The translations under genes were made by a program, and so were the position numbers. DNA of 64,000 bases from a virus, in the IMG/VR virus record IMGVR_UViG_3300035670_000145, positions 1 through 64,000 of that record; one strand, written 5' to 3'. Shown here in pieces: positions 38,846 through 47,378 of this stretch; the first letter of the stretch is position 1, and each line of letters opens with the position of its first letter. The notes under the pieces are model-generated. The model was not told the DNA's origin, did not search any database, and saw only the letters and a program-made list of their open reading frames with translations.

Positions 38846-39034
38846 TCAATCACACAAGCCTTCAGAATCACTTCCGCTTTGAGCATCCTTTGCAAACAGC
38901 ACAGCCTCGTTGCGAGAGCGAAAATAATAGGGCCGTCCTTCGTGAGCAATGAACCAGCTAAAGCCAGGCCGGCTATGAGCTGGCCACACCTTAATGCTGC
39001 CCACCATAAAAGGCATTGGCAAATCATCAAACAT
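38846..39034 (-). CDS. Hypothetical protein
   Basis: ATG ORF upstream of RNR. Confidence 0.55.
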   Translation of the reverse strand: MFDDLPMPFMVGSIKVWPAHSRPGFSWFIAHEGRPYYFRSRNEAVLFAKDAQSGSDSEGLCD

Positions 39035-39119
39035 GGCTTGATGGCTATGATTTCTTAGGCTACTAGAAAAATAAAATACAAACGGTAAAATAGACTACGC
39101 AAAAGAAAATTTTTATTTT

Positions 39120-40091
39120 TTGGCCGTGTACATCGCTCTTCTCTTCTCTGGCCATAAGCGTTCTTTCTTTAAGCATGTGGGGCGATGGAGAGAAATGATA
39201 AAAGAGCTGGAAGACGGAGGAGCTGTTGTTAATTGCTTCTTCCATTCATGGACTGTTGATTGTCATGCTGAGATGAAAGGCAATCGACGCATTGAAGGCT
39301 CCTATGTGAAAAGCCCGCTAGAAGACAAAGAGGGCATGATAATGGCATTGCCGTTTCGCAATTATTTCTTTGAAAACGAAGAAGAGCAAGAGGCTCTTTT
39401 GCAGCTTCCCGAAAGAGCATTTCTCTTAGACAAGCAAGCAGCGAAAAAGCACATTGGCATGCAACTCTATTCAATGCAGCGCAGCTACGAAGCAATGCTT
39501 CAATGGGAAAAGGAAAATAATATCGAACACGATACCATTGTTAAACTTCGTTTCGACATCTCTCCTGCCAGATGGAACGTCCGGGAATTTTTCCTCTCCA
39601 CTGACCATCGTTTCCAAAATTTACTGATTGCTGCAAACGAAAAGGCTCACCCTCACCCCGGCGGAGGCGGTGGCTGTCTCCAATGCAATCGCTTGCACAC
39701 TGAATGGTGGGAAGATCAATGGAAAGGAAAAAAGGAGGGGCCAGAACCTACCACTGAACTGTGGCTGCATGAAGGCGCCCATGCAAATGACATTTGCGAC
39801 CTTTATGCCATTGGCAACAGGAAAACAATGTCTCGCTATATGACTGTCTACAGCAGGGCTGTTGAACTATATTCGCCAGATCTTTTTGAGCGCTCTTATT
39901 ACTGTTGGCACAATGAAAAAAGAAAAGGAGCAATTACTTGCTCCTATGACAGTGCTGATTTAAGGATTAAAGCTTCAGGAAAAGAAATGGAAGACGAGCG
40001 CATTGCTTGCTTCTACCCTGAACGACTACAGCGTCTTAATTTAGAAGGTTTTGCAGTGTTGCATGCTGCTTCTGTTTTTTATCGAGACTAA
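39120..40091 (+). CDS. Putative glycosyltransferase-like protein
   Basis: IALLFSG..R, FFHSW, Q.YS, D.IVKLRFD, D.YAIG, PE pattern of a viral GT-like family. Confidence 0.55.
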   Translation: MAVYIALLFSGHKRSFFKHVGRWREMIKELEDGGAVVNCFFHSWTVDCHAEMKGNRRIEGSYVKSPLEDKEGMIMALPFRNYFFENEEEQEALLQLPERAFLLDKQAAKKHIGMQLYSMQRSYEAMLQWEKENNIEHDTIVKLRFDISPARWNVREFFLSTDHRFQNLLIAANEKAHPHPGGGGGCLQCNRLHTEWWEDQWKGKKEGPEPTTELWLHEGAHANDICDLYAIGNRKTMSRYMTVYSRAVELYSPDLFERSYYCWHNEKRKGAITCSYDSADLRIKASGKEMEDERIACFYPERLQRLNLEGFAVLHAASVFYRD

Positions 40092-40468
40092 TCAAGAACA
40101 CTGGGCTTGACATAGGAGGCAAAGCGCTCTTCCAAGAAGTCGATGGTAGTACCAGCGAAGCCTTCTTCAATAAATTCTTCCTTGAGCCAAAGAAATACAA
40201 GCCCCATGATGATTTCTGTAGTTTCGCACGCATTAGTGGCAGGGTGTTCAATGGTGGCAAACACCCTGTCGAAGATGGTGGTCTCTTCAGCGGCGTTTTC
40301 TTTTTCTTGATCGCGCATGGCAGCAAGGTAGCCAAAGGCAGCAGCAGTGGCCATGTCTTTACAAATGGAAAAGCCTTTAAAGCGCTTCTTCAGGGCAGGA
40401 AGCTCAGGACCGCTCGTGTGGTCCATGGCAAGGGCAAACAGTTCTTCGTCGAAGGGCATGGTGATCAC
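40088..40468 (-). CDS. Hypothetical protein
   Basis: ORF in operon. Confidence 0.6.
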   Translation of the reverse strand: MITMPFDEELFALAMDHTSGPELPALKKRFKGFSICKDMATAAAFGYLAAMRDQEKENAAEETTIFDRVFATIEHPATNACETTEIIMGLVFLWLKEEFIEEGFAGTTIDFLEERFASYVKPSVLD

Positions 40469-40707
40469 CAGTCGGGATAGGAGAACGGTAGCTGGTCTTC
40501 GCCTTTTGTCAATTCCCAGCTCATTAAGGTCATTTGATGGCCTTGCTTGCCCGTGTATGTTCCTGGCTGGTAGTAGATGGTCCTCTCTGGCCTGATGGCC
40601 TTCTCAAGCTCTCTAACTGCCTTGTCCCAAGAACGCTCAGAAGGCACATACACCCTCCATTGCTCTCTCACTTCCACTAAGTCGCAACGACTGTCTGTGT
40701 AGGCCAT
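40465..40707 (-). CDS. Hypothetical protein
   Basis: ORF in operon. Confidence 0.6.
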   Translation of the reverse strand: MAYTDSRCDLVEVREQWRVYVPSERSWDKAVRELEKAIRPERTIYYQPGTYTGKQGHQMTLMSWELTKGEDQLPFSYPDW

Positions 40708-40714
40708 GGAGGAA

Positions 40715-41374
40715 TCAAACAGAAAGAGACCTCACGCTTTTACGAGGAGCCCTTGGCTTGATGAGCATAGCGTAGTGGGCCTCTCCCTGTTCTGTCAGCT
40801 CATAAAGCCCCTGCTCTGGCCGCCTAACTATGCCTTCCGCTAAGAGCTTGCCAAGCGTGTTATAGATGGTTTGAAGGGGAATGGCTGCTCCTGGCAAGGC
40901 ATGAAGCGTAGATGGGGCGCAGGGTTCCTGGGACTGCCCTAGAAGTTCGATAATCACTTCCTTTGCCGTGGGCATTGCCTTTTCATCACCACTTGGCCTC
41001 CATAGCAATCTTCCCCTGCAGCGGCCGATAATGGCACGAGCTTGTCTTGTGGAGCAAGGCAGTTCCCTGATGAAGGCCTGCAAAGCAGCATTGTTTTCGT
41101 GCCAACAGGGAGACACTGGCGATTTTGATGGCGCAAGGTCCTCTATATGAGTGGTAAGTCGTTTTTCGTCTTCTAGCGAGGCTTGCACCACTTTTAGGAC
41201 GATGAGACGACTCGGACAGCAATGGAGGAAATTGTGAAGGGTTTCGTTGACGGCGGCGATATTGGTGCGCCATGAGCAGTGGACAAAGGCTGGAATACCT
41301 TCCCACTGCACGAAAAAGAACTGACCGTCGCTGTGCTCCCAGTCCAGGGACATGGCTTCTAAGGGGCTTACCAA
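40715..41374 (-). CDS. Degenerate GIY-YIG/T5orf172-like domain fused to winged HTH
   Basis: FFFVQ...P..LIVL...E..L...W...L..FI spacing; C-terminal TIYNTLGKL..EGIVRR...GLYELT. Confidence 0.5.
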   Translation of the reverse strand: MVSPLEAMSLDWEHSDGQFFFVQWEGIPAFVHCSWRTNIAAVNETLHNFLHCCPSRLIVLKVVQASLEDEKRLTTHIEDLAPSKSPVSPCWHENNAALQAFIRELPCSTRQARAIIGRCRGRLLWRPSGDEKAMPTAKEVIIELLGQSQEPCAPSTLHALPGAAIPLQTIYNTLGKLLAEGIVRRPEQGLYELTEQGEAHYAMLIKPRAPRKSVRSLSV

Positions 41375-41582
41375 AGCACCATATCACTTACCAGCTCATT
41401 GTCAACTCAGGAATTCCCTCCTCTTTGCTCGCACTTACCACCATAGGCAAATTACAATAGCTGTATGGCGCAGCGTATGTCCTCTGACAGGCAACGCAGC
41501 CACGAAAGGACCGTCACGAGCAGCTCAGCTCCCTTCGCCTGAGCCGCTTCGAGCGGGAGCAGCCGCCTTGGCGGCGTGTCAC

Positions 41583-41759
41583 GAAGGCCGCAACGCGCCT
41601 TAGCCCCCAAGGCGAACGAACCTAGCGGCCTTCTGCCCCCAGCGACCTTGTCATAGCGGCTCTTCTCAACAACCCTCCTCTCGACTGCTTCTTTTAAGAA
41701 ACCTTTGCCAGGAGCCCGTTACGAGCAATAGCCCCCAAGGCGTACGATCCTAGGGCTCC
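41583..41759. repeat. Two 25-nt direct repeats, each enclosed by a different inverted repeat
   Basis: TAGCCCCCAAGGCGWACGAWCCTAG at 41601 and 41729. Confidence 0.85.
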
Positions 41760-41835
41760 CTCCTAACCACCTTCTTTTCAACTATTTCTTTTCTGACAGT
41801 AGTGTGATCGCCCATGGTGTGCGCAGCTACCGCCA

Positions 41836-41882
41836 GTCTCATTGTTTTCTCATTTGAGACTAATTTGAGACAATATTGAGAC
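41836..41882. repeat. Iteron-like TTGAGAC x3 (11-bp period) plus inverted copies
   Basis: Copies at 41854, 41865, 41876; GTCTCA at 41836. Confidence 0.75.
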
Positions 41883-42305
41883 TAAAGAAGGGGCACGAAC
41901 AACGCCGCTTGGGGCGGCTCCTGAACATAGGCCCCTTCTTTGCACAATTCAACATTCGGGCACTATCTTGCGCTCGGGAACGATCTTAGTGCGCTCACTC
42001 CTTCTCGTAAGCTTTAGATCGTTCGCGCAGTGCGCACTAGCCTTTCGCCCATAAAAAATAAACGAAAAAAAACGCGGAAAAAGGAAAAAAGTCGTTTAAA
42101 AATTGCGTCGCTTTAAAAAGGGGTGCCCCCGCCCCAATCCACTCCCATAGCAGGCGCTACTGCTCCCTGTCTGTATCCGTTGCTACCGTTTGGCGGATTG
42201 TCACGTAAAGTTACGTTCAAATCTGGCCGCAAATTTAGGGATTGTCTCTCTAAACCACGCAACAATAGGCGCCCACTATGAAGCAGACGCCCTGTTGATT
42301 TCAAC

Positions 42306-42470
42306 CTATTGTTCTTCAGCGCCTATGATTTCACTAGAGACAATAGCTTCATGGTCGAAACTATAGTCTGCATCCGCTACCACCTCGTGAGGATTTGCGG
42401 CCCCTGATATAACCAACTTAACTGTAACGTAGACTGTAGCCTGCGCAGTGTGATTGTAACGTTGCATCAT
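42306..42470 (-). CDS. Hypothetical protein
   Basis: VYVTVKL...ADYSFDH; ATGA coupling to upstream gene. Confidence 0.55.
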   Translation of the reverse strand: MMQRYNHTAQATVYVTVKLVISGAANPHEVVADADYSFDHEAIVSSEIIGAEEQ

Positions 42471-43066
42471 GCCACCTCCCGAATCATGCGGCGCCATGTG
42501 CACCATGTGATAGCCTGAACTTGCGCCGGCTTATAGTTTGTGCCCATAATGCCGTTAATTTGTGATGCTGCAATGGTAAAGTCTGCAGCGATTGCAGCGT
42601 AAAGTTTAGGACTGATCTTAGGCGTTTTAGTTGTTGACACTCTATCGCCCAGCCAAAGACTGTAGGCATGACCGTCAACACAAACAACGTCGTAATTTCC
42701 CATAATGCAATCATAAAAAGCGCGCACTTTCAGACCGCCCAGTATGTCAAGCGGCGCAAGTCCTGCCAGGATTTGCAATGCTTTAGCCTTATTTGCGTTG
42801 TACGTGCTGACTTTCAGCGCTGCGCAATCACCGCCGGAAGCGTACAACTTGCAAAGTAAATCAGCGTCTACGATGTTGCGCTCCCACCGATTGTTTGGAC
42901 TCAGCGCTGCAATCACGCCCGCTACAGTCTGCAGACTGAGACCATGGTTGTTAGCGATTGTCTGCGCGATTGTTTGCGCCTGATTGTACCATTGACTGCC
43001 ATATTGTATTTCAGCATGATTTGCGCTGAAATAGACCGCGAGAATAGCGCCGTGTGAAATTTTCAT
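42467..43066 (-). CDS. HhH-GPD glycosylase-fold-like phage protein
   Basis: G..WY, VIAALSP...W..N, KV.AF, VCVDGHA, VQAITW. Confidence 0.6.
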   Translation of the reverse strand: MKISHGAILAVYFSANHAEIQYGSQWYNQAQTIAQTIANNHGLSLQTVAGVIAALSPNNRWERNIVDADLLCKLYASGGDCAALKVSTYNANKAKALQILAGLAPLDILGGLKVRAFYDCIMGNYDVVCVDGHAYSLWLGDRVSTTKTPKISPKLYAAIAADFTIAASQINGIMGTNYKPAQVQAITWCTWRRMIREVA

Positions 43067-43070
43067 GGCC

Positions 43071-43114
43071 GTTTGTTTGTGATTGTTTGTTTGTGATTGT
43101 TTGTTTGTGATTGT
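43071..43114. repeat. GTTTGTTTGTGATT x3 tandem repeat
   Basis: Seen directly; A/C-rich leader of the downstream minus-strand gene. Confidence 0.85.
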
Positions 43115-43572
43115 CAGAACGCTTTGATTAGTTTCTGCGGCTGAAATTCGCCATGATATAAACATGCTGCAGCTTGTAAAATTATTTCAGAATGCAGCAG
43201 CCACCAGATATCTCTAGGCGCTGATTTGCGCGCCATTTTATAGCTGAATATTTCACCGCTCAGAGTAGAGTCAAATCCGCCGCTTATGTGGTGCCAATCA
43301 TGCACAGCGCGAAATTTAGCATTGTCAGCAAAGCTAAGAAATGGGTGATTGTTGTGCAGCACGCTGATAGCTAGGACGTTTGATTGCCGATATATCCGCT
43401 GCGCAACAGATAGATCTACCTCCTGATACCAGAAATCAACGTGGCATGGCAGACGATCGAATTCGGCGCAAATCCACGTGCGCAGCGCTGCGCGCTCGGC
43501 TTCGGTGGGATCGGTAGGCGCTGCAGCGTAGAGAGCTGCTAGGCGCGCTGCTAGGCGTGATTGATGGACCAT
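43114..43572 (-). CDS. Conserved hypothetical protein with FRAVHDxxH motif
   Basis: HP....N.KFRAVHDWHH...GE...E...Q...F..QK. Confidence 0.65.
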   Translation of the reverse strand: MVHQSRLAARLAALYAAAPTDPTEAERAALRTWICAEFDRLPCHVDFWYQEVDLSVAQRIYRQSNVLAISVLHNNHPFLSFADNAKFRAVHDWHHISGGFDSTLSGEIFSYKMARKSAPRDIWWLLHSEIILQAAACLYHGEFQPQKLIKAF

Positions 43573-43845
43573 TTGCGGATTGCTAGTGAAAATCGCTGCA
43601 TCGCTGCAGCAAACAAACAATAGGCGCAAGCGGCCAGAATGCTAGGTCACATAGGGAACACTGATCGCGGCAGACTGGTCATGCGTCAGATAAGCGGATA
43701 CGCTTATCAGTGGAGGTTTCGGGATCCAACCATGAGTCACGCTGATCAGTCAACCGCCGCGGACGCCGCCCCTACCATGAGACTAGAGAGACTGAGCCGG
43801 ATTGTTGCAAACGGTCACATTTGCGCTGCTGATATCAGGAGTGCT

Positions 43846-44108
43846 AATGTTAAGAAATATTTTGTAACATTAGCAATATTGATATAAGCAACACTCATGC
43901 AACGAAATGTGAAGAAATGTTAATTATTAAGAATTGTTAAGAAATGTTAATTATGAAGAAACGTTAAGAAATGTGAAATATTGCGAAATGTTAAGAAATG
44001 TTAAGAAATGTTACAAAATGTGAAGAAATGTAAATGTTAAGAAATGTCAAGAAATGTTACAAAATATAAATGTTAAGAAATGTTGCAAAATGTGAAGAAT
44101 TGTTACAA
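43846..44108. repeat. AT-rich tandem array of ~10-bp unit GTTAAGAAAT (variants GTTACAAAAT, GTGAAGAAAT)
   Basis: More than 15 degenerate copies visible. Confidence 0.9.
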
Positions 44109-44188
44109 TAGTACAAATGTACTATTGATGCGTCTATGTGCATAGGCTCATAAAAACAATTGAGAATGATTCGCAATAGCAATACGCT

Positions 44189-44266
44189 TCCAGCCGGATC
44201 CAATACGACGCCAGCCGGATCTTGATACAACCTTAGCCGTGTCCGATAGAGCTCTGGCCGGATCTT
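44189..44266. repeat. GCCGGATC short direct repeats x3
   Basis: ccagccggatcc, ccagccggatcttg, ctggccggatcttg. Confidence 0.7.
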
Positions 44267-44289
44267 GTCAATTCTTTTGCTTTGTGCTG

Positions 44290-44820
44290 TCAACACTTCA
44301 CAATGATCCTGCCATCATTTTCGTCCCATCGAAAGATTGCCCATTGTTGATACAGCCTCCCCAGCTCAATAGCCTGCTCTTCTGATATGCCGTAGATGGC
44401 CCAACTAGGCTCTTGCCAGCTCCCATCGACAGACTGCCCCACCACTTCTTCACAGGATGCCCCTGAGAGCCCATCAATGCGCCTGCGCAAGCTTTCATGC
44501 AAAGGCTCGTCAAAAAGACGATGAAGCGGGGTGTTTTGGCTGAAAGGACAACAAGCAGAAACAATAAAACAAGGCAATGAAGATGGCGCCCAGGCATAGC
44601 CTTCTGTCGAAACAAGCACTGCTTCGTCGAAGAGTTCCAGAGGAGCAATCGTCTTTTCAATCCTGAATTCAGCTAAGGCATCTCGCAGGAAATCAACAAA
44701 ATGCTGTTTGTGAATGTTTTTGAAGATATTGTCCACATATTCTTTAGTGTCAGGATCGTAAAGCACCATGCCTCTCCACCAATCGTTAACAAAGTGCAAA
44801 AGCTGATCATCGTCAATCAT
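44290..44820 (-). CDS. DUF3293-like protein
   Basis: IVSA..P.S...G.S.DGSW.E.S...A.ELG..YQQ.AIF. Confidence 0.7.
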   Translation of the reverse strand: MIDDDQLLHFVNDWWRGMVLYDPDTKEYVDNIFKNIHKQHFVDFLRDALAEFRIEKTIAPLELFDEAVLVSTEGYAWAPSSLPCFIVSACCPFSQNTPLHRLFDEPLHESLRRRIDGLSGASCEEVVGQSVDGSWQEPSWAIYGISEEQAIELGRLYQQWAIFRWDENDGRIIVKC

Positions 44821-45269
44821 GAGAATTCTCCAATAATGTAGTCAAAAGGGCCGTCACCACCATGGCCAATACAATGGCCAGGATACAAAGCATGCCTAGC
44901 AAGTCCGTAGGGGCCAATAATGGCATGATTATCTTTTAACCATTGCTTGTCACAAAGCTTTTCTGGCCGTCCTTTCCTGTCCCAAACAATGGAGAAGAAA
45001 AGGGCAGGATCAACAGGGTCGCCATACTCATTTTTAATTTCATAGCCTTCTTCTTCTGTTTTGTGGTGGATGTAGCTCCACATATCGCCCCAATTGTGTA
45101 AATCTTTTTCGGGATACACATGCAGGCCGAAGCACCATCCTGACGAACTTTTGCCAAGATGCAGGGGCTCTTCTGCTTCTTTGCCGCAATGCAAGCATTT
45201 AGGAGCATGTAAATAATAGTTGGCTCCCACGGTCAAGCCCTTTTGAATTTGGAAAGGTGCATGTTCCAC
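44817..45269 (-). CDS. Hypothetical protein
   Basis: CxxC and LHLGKSSSGWCF motif; start uncertain. Confidence 0.65.
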   Translation of the reverse strand: MEHAPFQIQKGLTVGANYYLHAPKCLHCGKEAEEPLHLGKSSSGWCFGLHVYPEKDLHNWGDMWSYIHHKTEEEGYEIKNEYGDPVDPALFFSIVWDRKGRPEKLCDKQWLKDNHAIIGPYGLARHALYPGHCIGHGGDGPFDYIIGEFS

Positions 45270-45538
45270 ATTCCCCTACTCATGTCGCCTGGTCGATAAA
45301 GCACGTAACAGGAAGGTTCTTGCACTAGCCCTCCTTCCCCATCGCTAACCGCTTCGGCCTCATCCACCCAGAAGCCTTTGCACTGTCCATCTTCGTCAAA
45401 CACGCCCATTTGATAATCACCATCTTCCATGCACAGTCTGATGTGGAAGATAAGCTCTTTGAGGGAACTGGCTTGATAAACACCCTGCGTAGGAGGAAAA
45501 TAGGGGCCGTTGTCAGAATAGTTGCGAACGGTGATCAT
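45233..45538 (-). CDS. Hypothetical protein
   Basis: ORF in operon. Confidence 0.6.
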   Translation of the reverse strand: MITVRNYSDNGPYFPPTQGVYQASSLKELIFHIRLCMEDGDYQMGVFDEDGQCKGFWVDEAEAVSDGEGGLVQEPSCYVLYRPGDMSRGMWNMHLSKFKRA

Positions 45539-45690
45539 TGATCTTCTCCTCTGACGAGCTCAATGATGGAATAGTTGGTGCCAGCTTGTTGATAAATTGC
45601 ATGGAGCTGATCGCGCTCCTCTTCGGACTGTGCATAGTCTTCGTAGCCTTCGCTGTCCTTGAACAGCCAAACAATGGAAAGAGAAGTCAT
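45535..45690 (-). CDS. Hypothetical 51-aa protein (not in ORF track)
   Basis: MTSLSIVWLFKDSEGYED...; ATGA coupling. Confidence 0.55.
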   Translation of the reverse strand: MTSLSIVWLFKDSEGYEDYAQSEEERDQLHAIYQQAGTNYSIIELVRGEDQ

Positions 45691-45692
45691 AG

Positions 45693-45878
45693 TCAGTCTT
45701 CAATAATGCGAAAGTCAAGATCGTTTGTTTTCTTTATCCATCGACATTGATTGAACTGCGGCAGCACGATGAACAGTTTATCGTGGTGATCTTGCTCAAC
45801 AATGGCAGTGGTGATGGTGGCGCCGATGCGGCTACGACCTCTGTTGCTGATGGCCAGGATGTTGATGGTGTCTTGCAT
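45693..45878 (-). CDS. Hypothetical protein
   Basis: ORF in operon. Confidence 0.55.
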   Translation of the reverse strand: MQDTINILAISNRGRSRIGATITTAIVEQDHHDKLFIVLPQFNQCRWIKKTNDLDFRIIED

Positions 45879-45979
45879 GGTGGAGCTGGTTGAGAAGTGC
45901 TTGTCTGCGGGCTCTGGCGGCCCTGAGAGCCTGAGGCTTGAGCCTCCGCTTAGGAGGCTTGCCTGAGTTGTGCTGGTGG

Positions 45980-46156
45980 TTAGGCACTTGCATGACGGAA
46001 CACTGGTCGTATCCAGTGGCGATTAGCAGGGAAGCACTGTTGCATTTCCTGCTGCCAGAGCAGGGCCTCTTCACGATCAGGGCCGGTGAAGCCACACTGG
46101 CGGATGGCACCATCGGGAGTCTGCTCGAAAAGGCGGAAAAGGACGACGGTTTGCAT
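45980..46156 (-). CDS. Hypothetical early protein
   Basis: ATG downstream of promoter cassette. Confidence 0.55.
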   Translation of the reverse strand: MQTVVLFRLFEQTPDGAIRQCGFTGPDREEALLWQQEMQQCFPANRHWIRPVFRHASA

Positions 46157-46176
46157 GGTCTTGAGATCAAGGTGGA

Positions 46177-46249
46177 GAGCCTCGCGGCCCGTTGAAAGAA
46201 CAATAGAGCAGGAGAGGCCCCTGGAAAGGGGCCTGTAACAATGCTTCAC
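46177..46249 (-). promoter_or_regulatory. Early promoter cassette 1
   Basis: GTGAAG-N4-GTTACA, GC hairpin, TATTGT -10, GCGA-loop leader hairpin. Confidence 0.7.
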
Positions 46250-46617
46250 ACTGCATCAAGCCTTTCCGCTTCGCGCTCTGCCATGTGGCGCTGATTGGCA
46301 AGCCAGTTCCTAAATTCAACCCACGTAGCAGCAGGCACTGTGGCCATCGCCCAAGAGCTCACTGCTTGACGCCTGTCGCAATCTTCATTGCAATAGGAGA
46401 TAGGAGCTTTGAGCATGGTCAACTTATGAGCAGCATGCTCGCAAAGATCGATGCCAGCGTGGTAGGAGCTGGGAAGCCATTCTAGAAAGGCCTCGGTAGT
46501 GCGCTGATTGGCGCAGAAAATGTGCGTGAAGAGCTCCTGTAGGTCGAGCATGTAAAGCTCGTGGCTGGTGGCTTTAGCCCAGAAGCCGTGGTCAGGACGA
46601 TTGAAGGAGATGGTCAT
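46246..46617 (-). CDS. Hypothetical early protein
   Basis: ATG downstream of promoter cassette. Confidence 0.6.
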   Translation of the reverse strand: MTISFNRPDHGFWAKATSHELYMLDLQELFTHIFCANQRTTEAFLEWLPSSYHAGIDLCEHAAHKLTMLKAPISYCNEDCDRRQAVSSWAMATVPAATWVEFRNWLANQRHMAEREAERLDAV

Positions 46618-46632
46618 GGCTTGGAGAGTGGT

Positions 46633-46718
46633 GGAAGCTCGCGCCTCCGAACAAAGGAAGAATAGAGCAAAAAGGGGCTGTTGCCAGCCCATGAATCATT
46701 GGCTTCACAAATCGTTGC
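46633..46718 (-). promoter_or_regulatory. Early promoter cassette 2
   Basis: GCAACG-N4-GTGAAG, GGGCTG-GCAA-CAGCCC, TATTCT, GGAGGC-GCGA-GCTTCC. Confidence 0.65.
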
Positions 46719-46720
46719 AA

Positions 46721-46858
46721 TCAGCGCCGTTGATCACAAATGCCGGCCAGCATTTCGCCCACGTGGGCATGGGCAGCACGAAGCTGGTCAAAGGCTTGAT
46801 CGCGCTCCTTGCGGGCCTGGTAGTAGGCATCAGGGCCCTGAGGGTAGAAGTCGCGGCC
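46721..46858 (-). pseudogene. Orphaned 3' half of the 47379-47636 gene
   Basis: Translates GRDFYPQGPDAYYQARKERDQAFDQLRAAHAHVGEMLAGICDQRR*; no start codon. Confidence 0.85.
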
Positions 46859-47343
46859 TATATGTGTTGCCATATTTTGCGTAAAACAATTTGACTTATC
46901 AACGGCTGTGTTACATTAAATTTTCTCGCCAAAGTATTCGTCGATTCACCACCCGCCGCGTACAATTCTCTTATTTTTAGCACTTCTTTTTCTGTTAATT
47001 TTGCCTTGCAATTTCTTTCACCTTTGGCGCTAGCAAAGATACGTCTTCCTCTTTCGACCATGTCATTGTAATTATCTTGGTCCGTGCCAAGTTCCAAGTG
47101 AAAAGGATTACAGCAAGAAGGGTTGTCACACTTATGGCGCACCAGCATGCCAGTTGGTATTTCTCCAAAGGCAAATTCCCATGCTGCGCGGTGAGCCAGC
47201 ATCTGTCTTTTGTTGACCGTGATTCTTCCATATCCAGACTTGAGTCTTGACTTGGACTTCCATTCCCAGCAAAGATCTACCGGCGCTTCGGTAACGCTTC
47301 CCCAAAGGCGCTGCCATGCCGGCACTTTATTCCATTGTGTCAT
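46858..47343 (-). CDS. HNH homing endonuclease with C-terminal HTH
   Basis: CWEW, GYG, AHR, VRHKCDNPSCCNPFHL..GT..DN, AKLTE. Confidence 0.9.
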   Translation of the reverse strand: MTQWNKVPAWQRLWGSVTEAPVDLCWEWKSKSRLKSGYGRITVNKRQMLAHRAAWEFAFGEIPTGMLVRHKCDNPSCCNPFHLELGTDQDNYNDMVERGRRIFASAKGERNCKAKLTEKEVLKIRELYAAGGESTNTLARKFNVTQPLISQIVLRKIWQHI

Positions 47344-47378
47344 GGGTTAAAAATCAACGACTGAGAGAGTCTAGCAAC

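Noticed and set aside
43846-44108. CRISPR array
   Set aside because: 10-bp tandem units without unique spacers; no cas genes.
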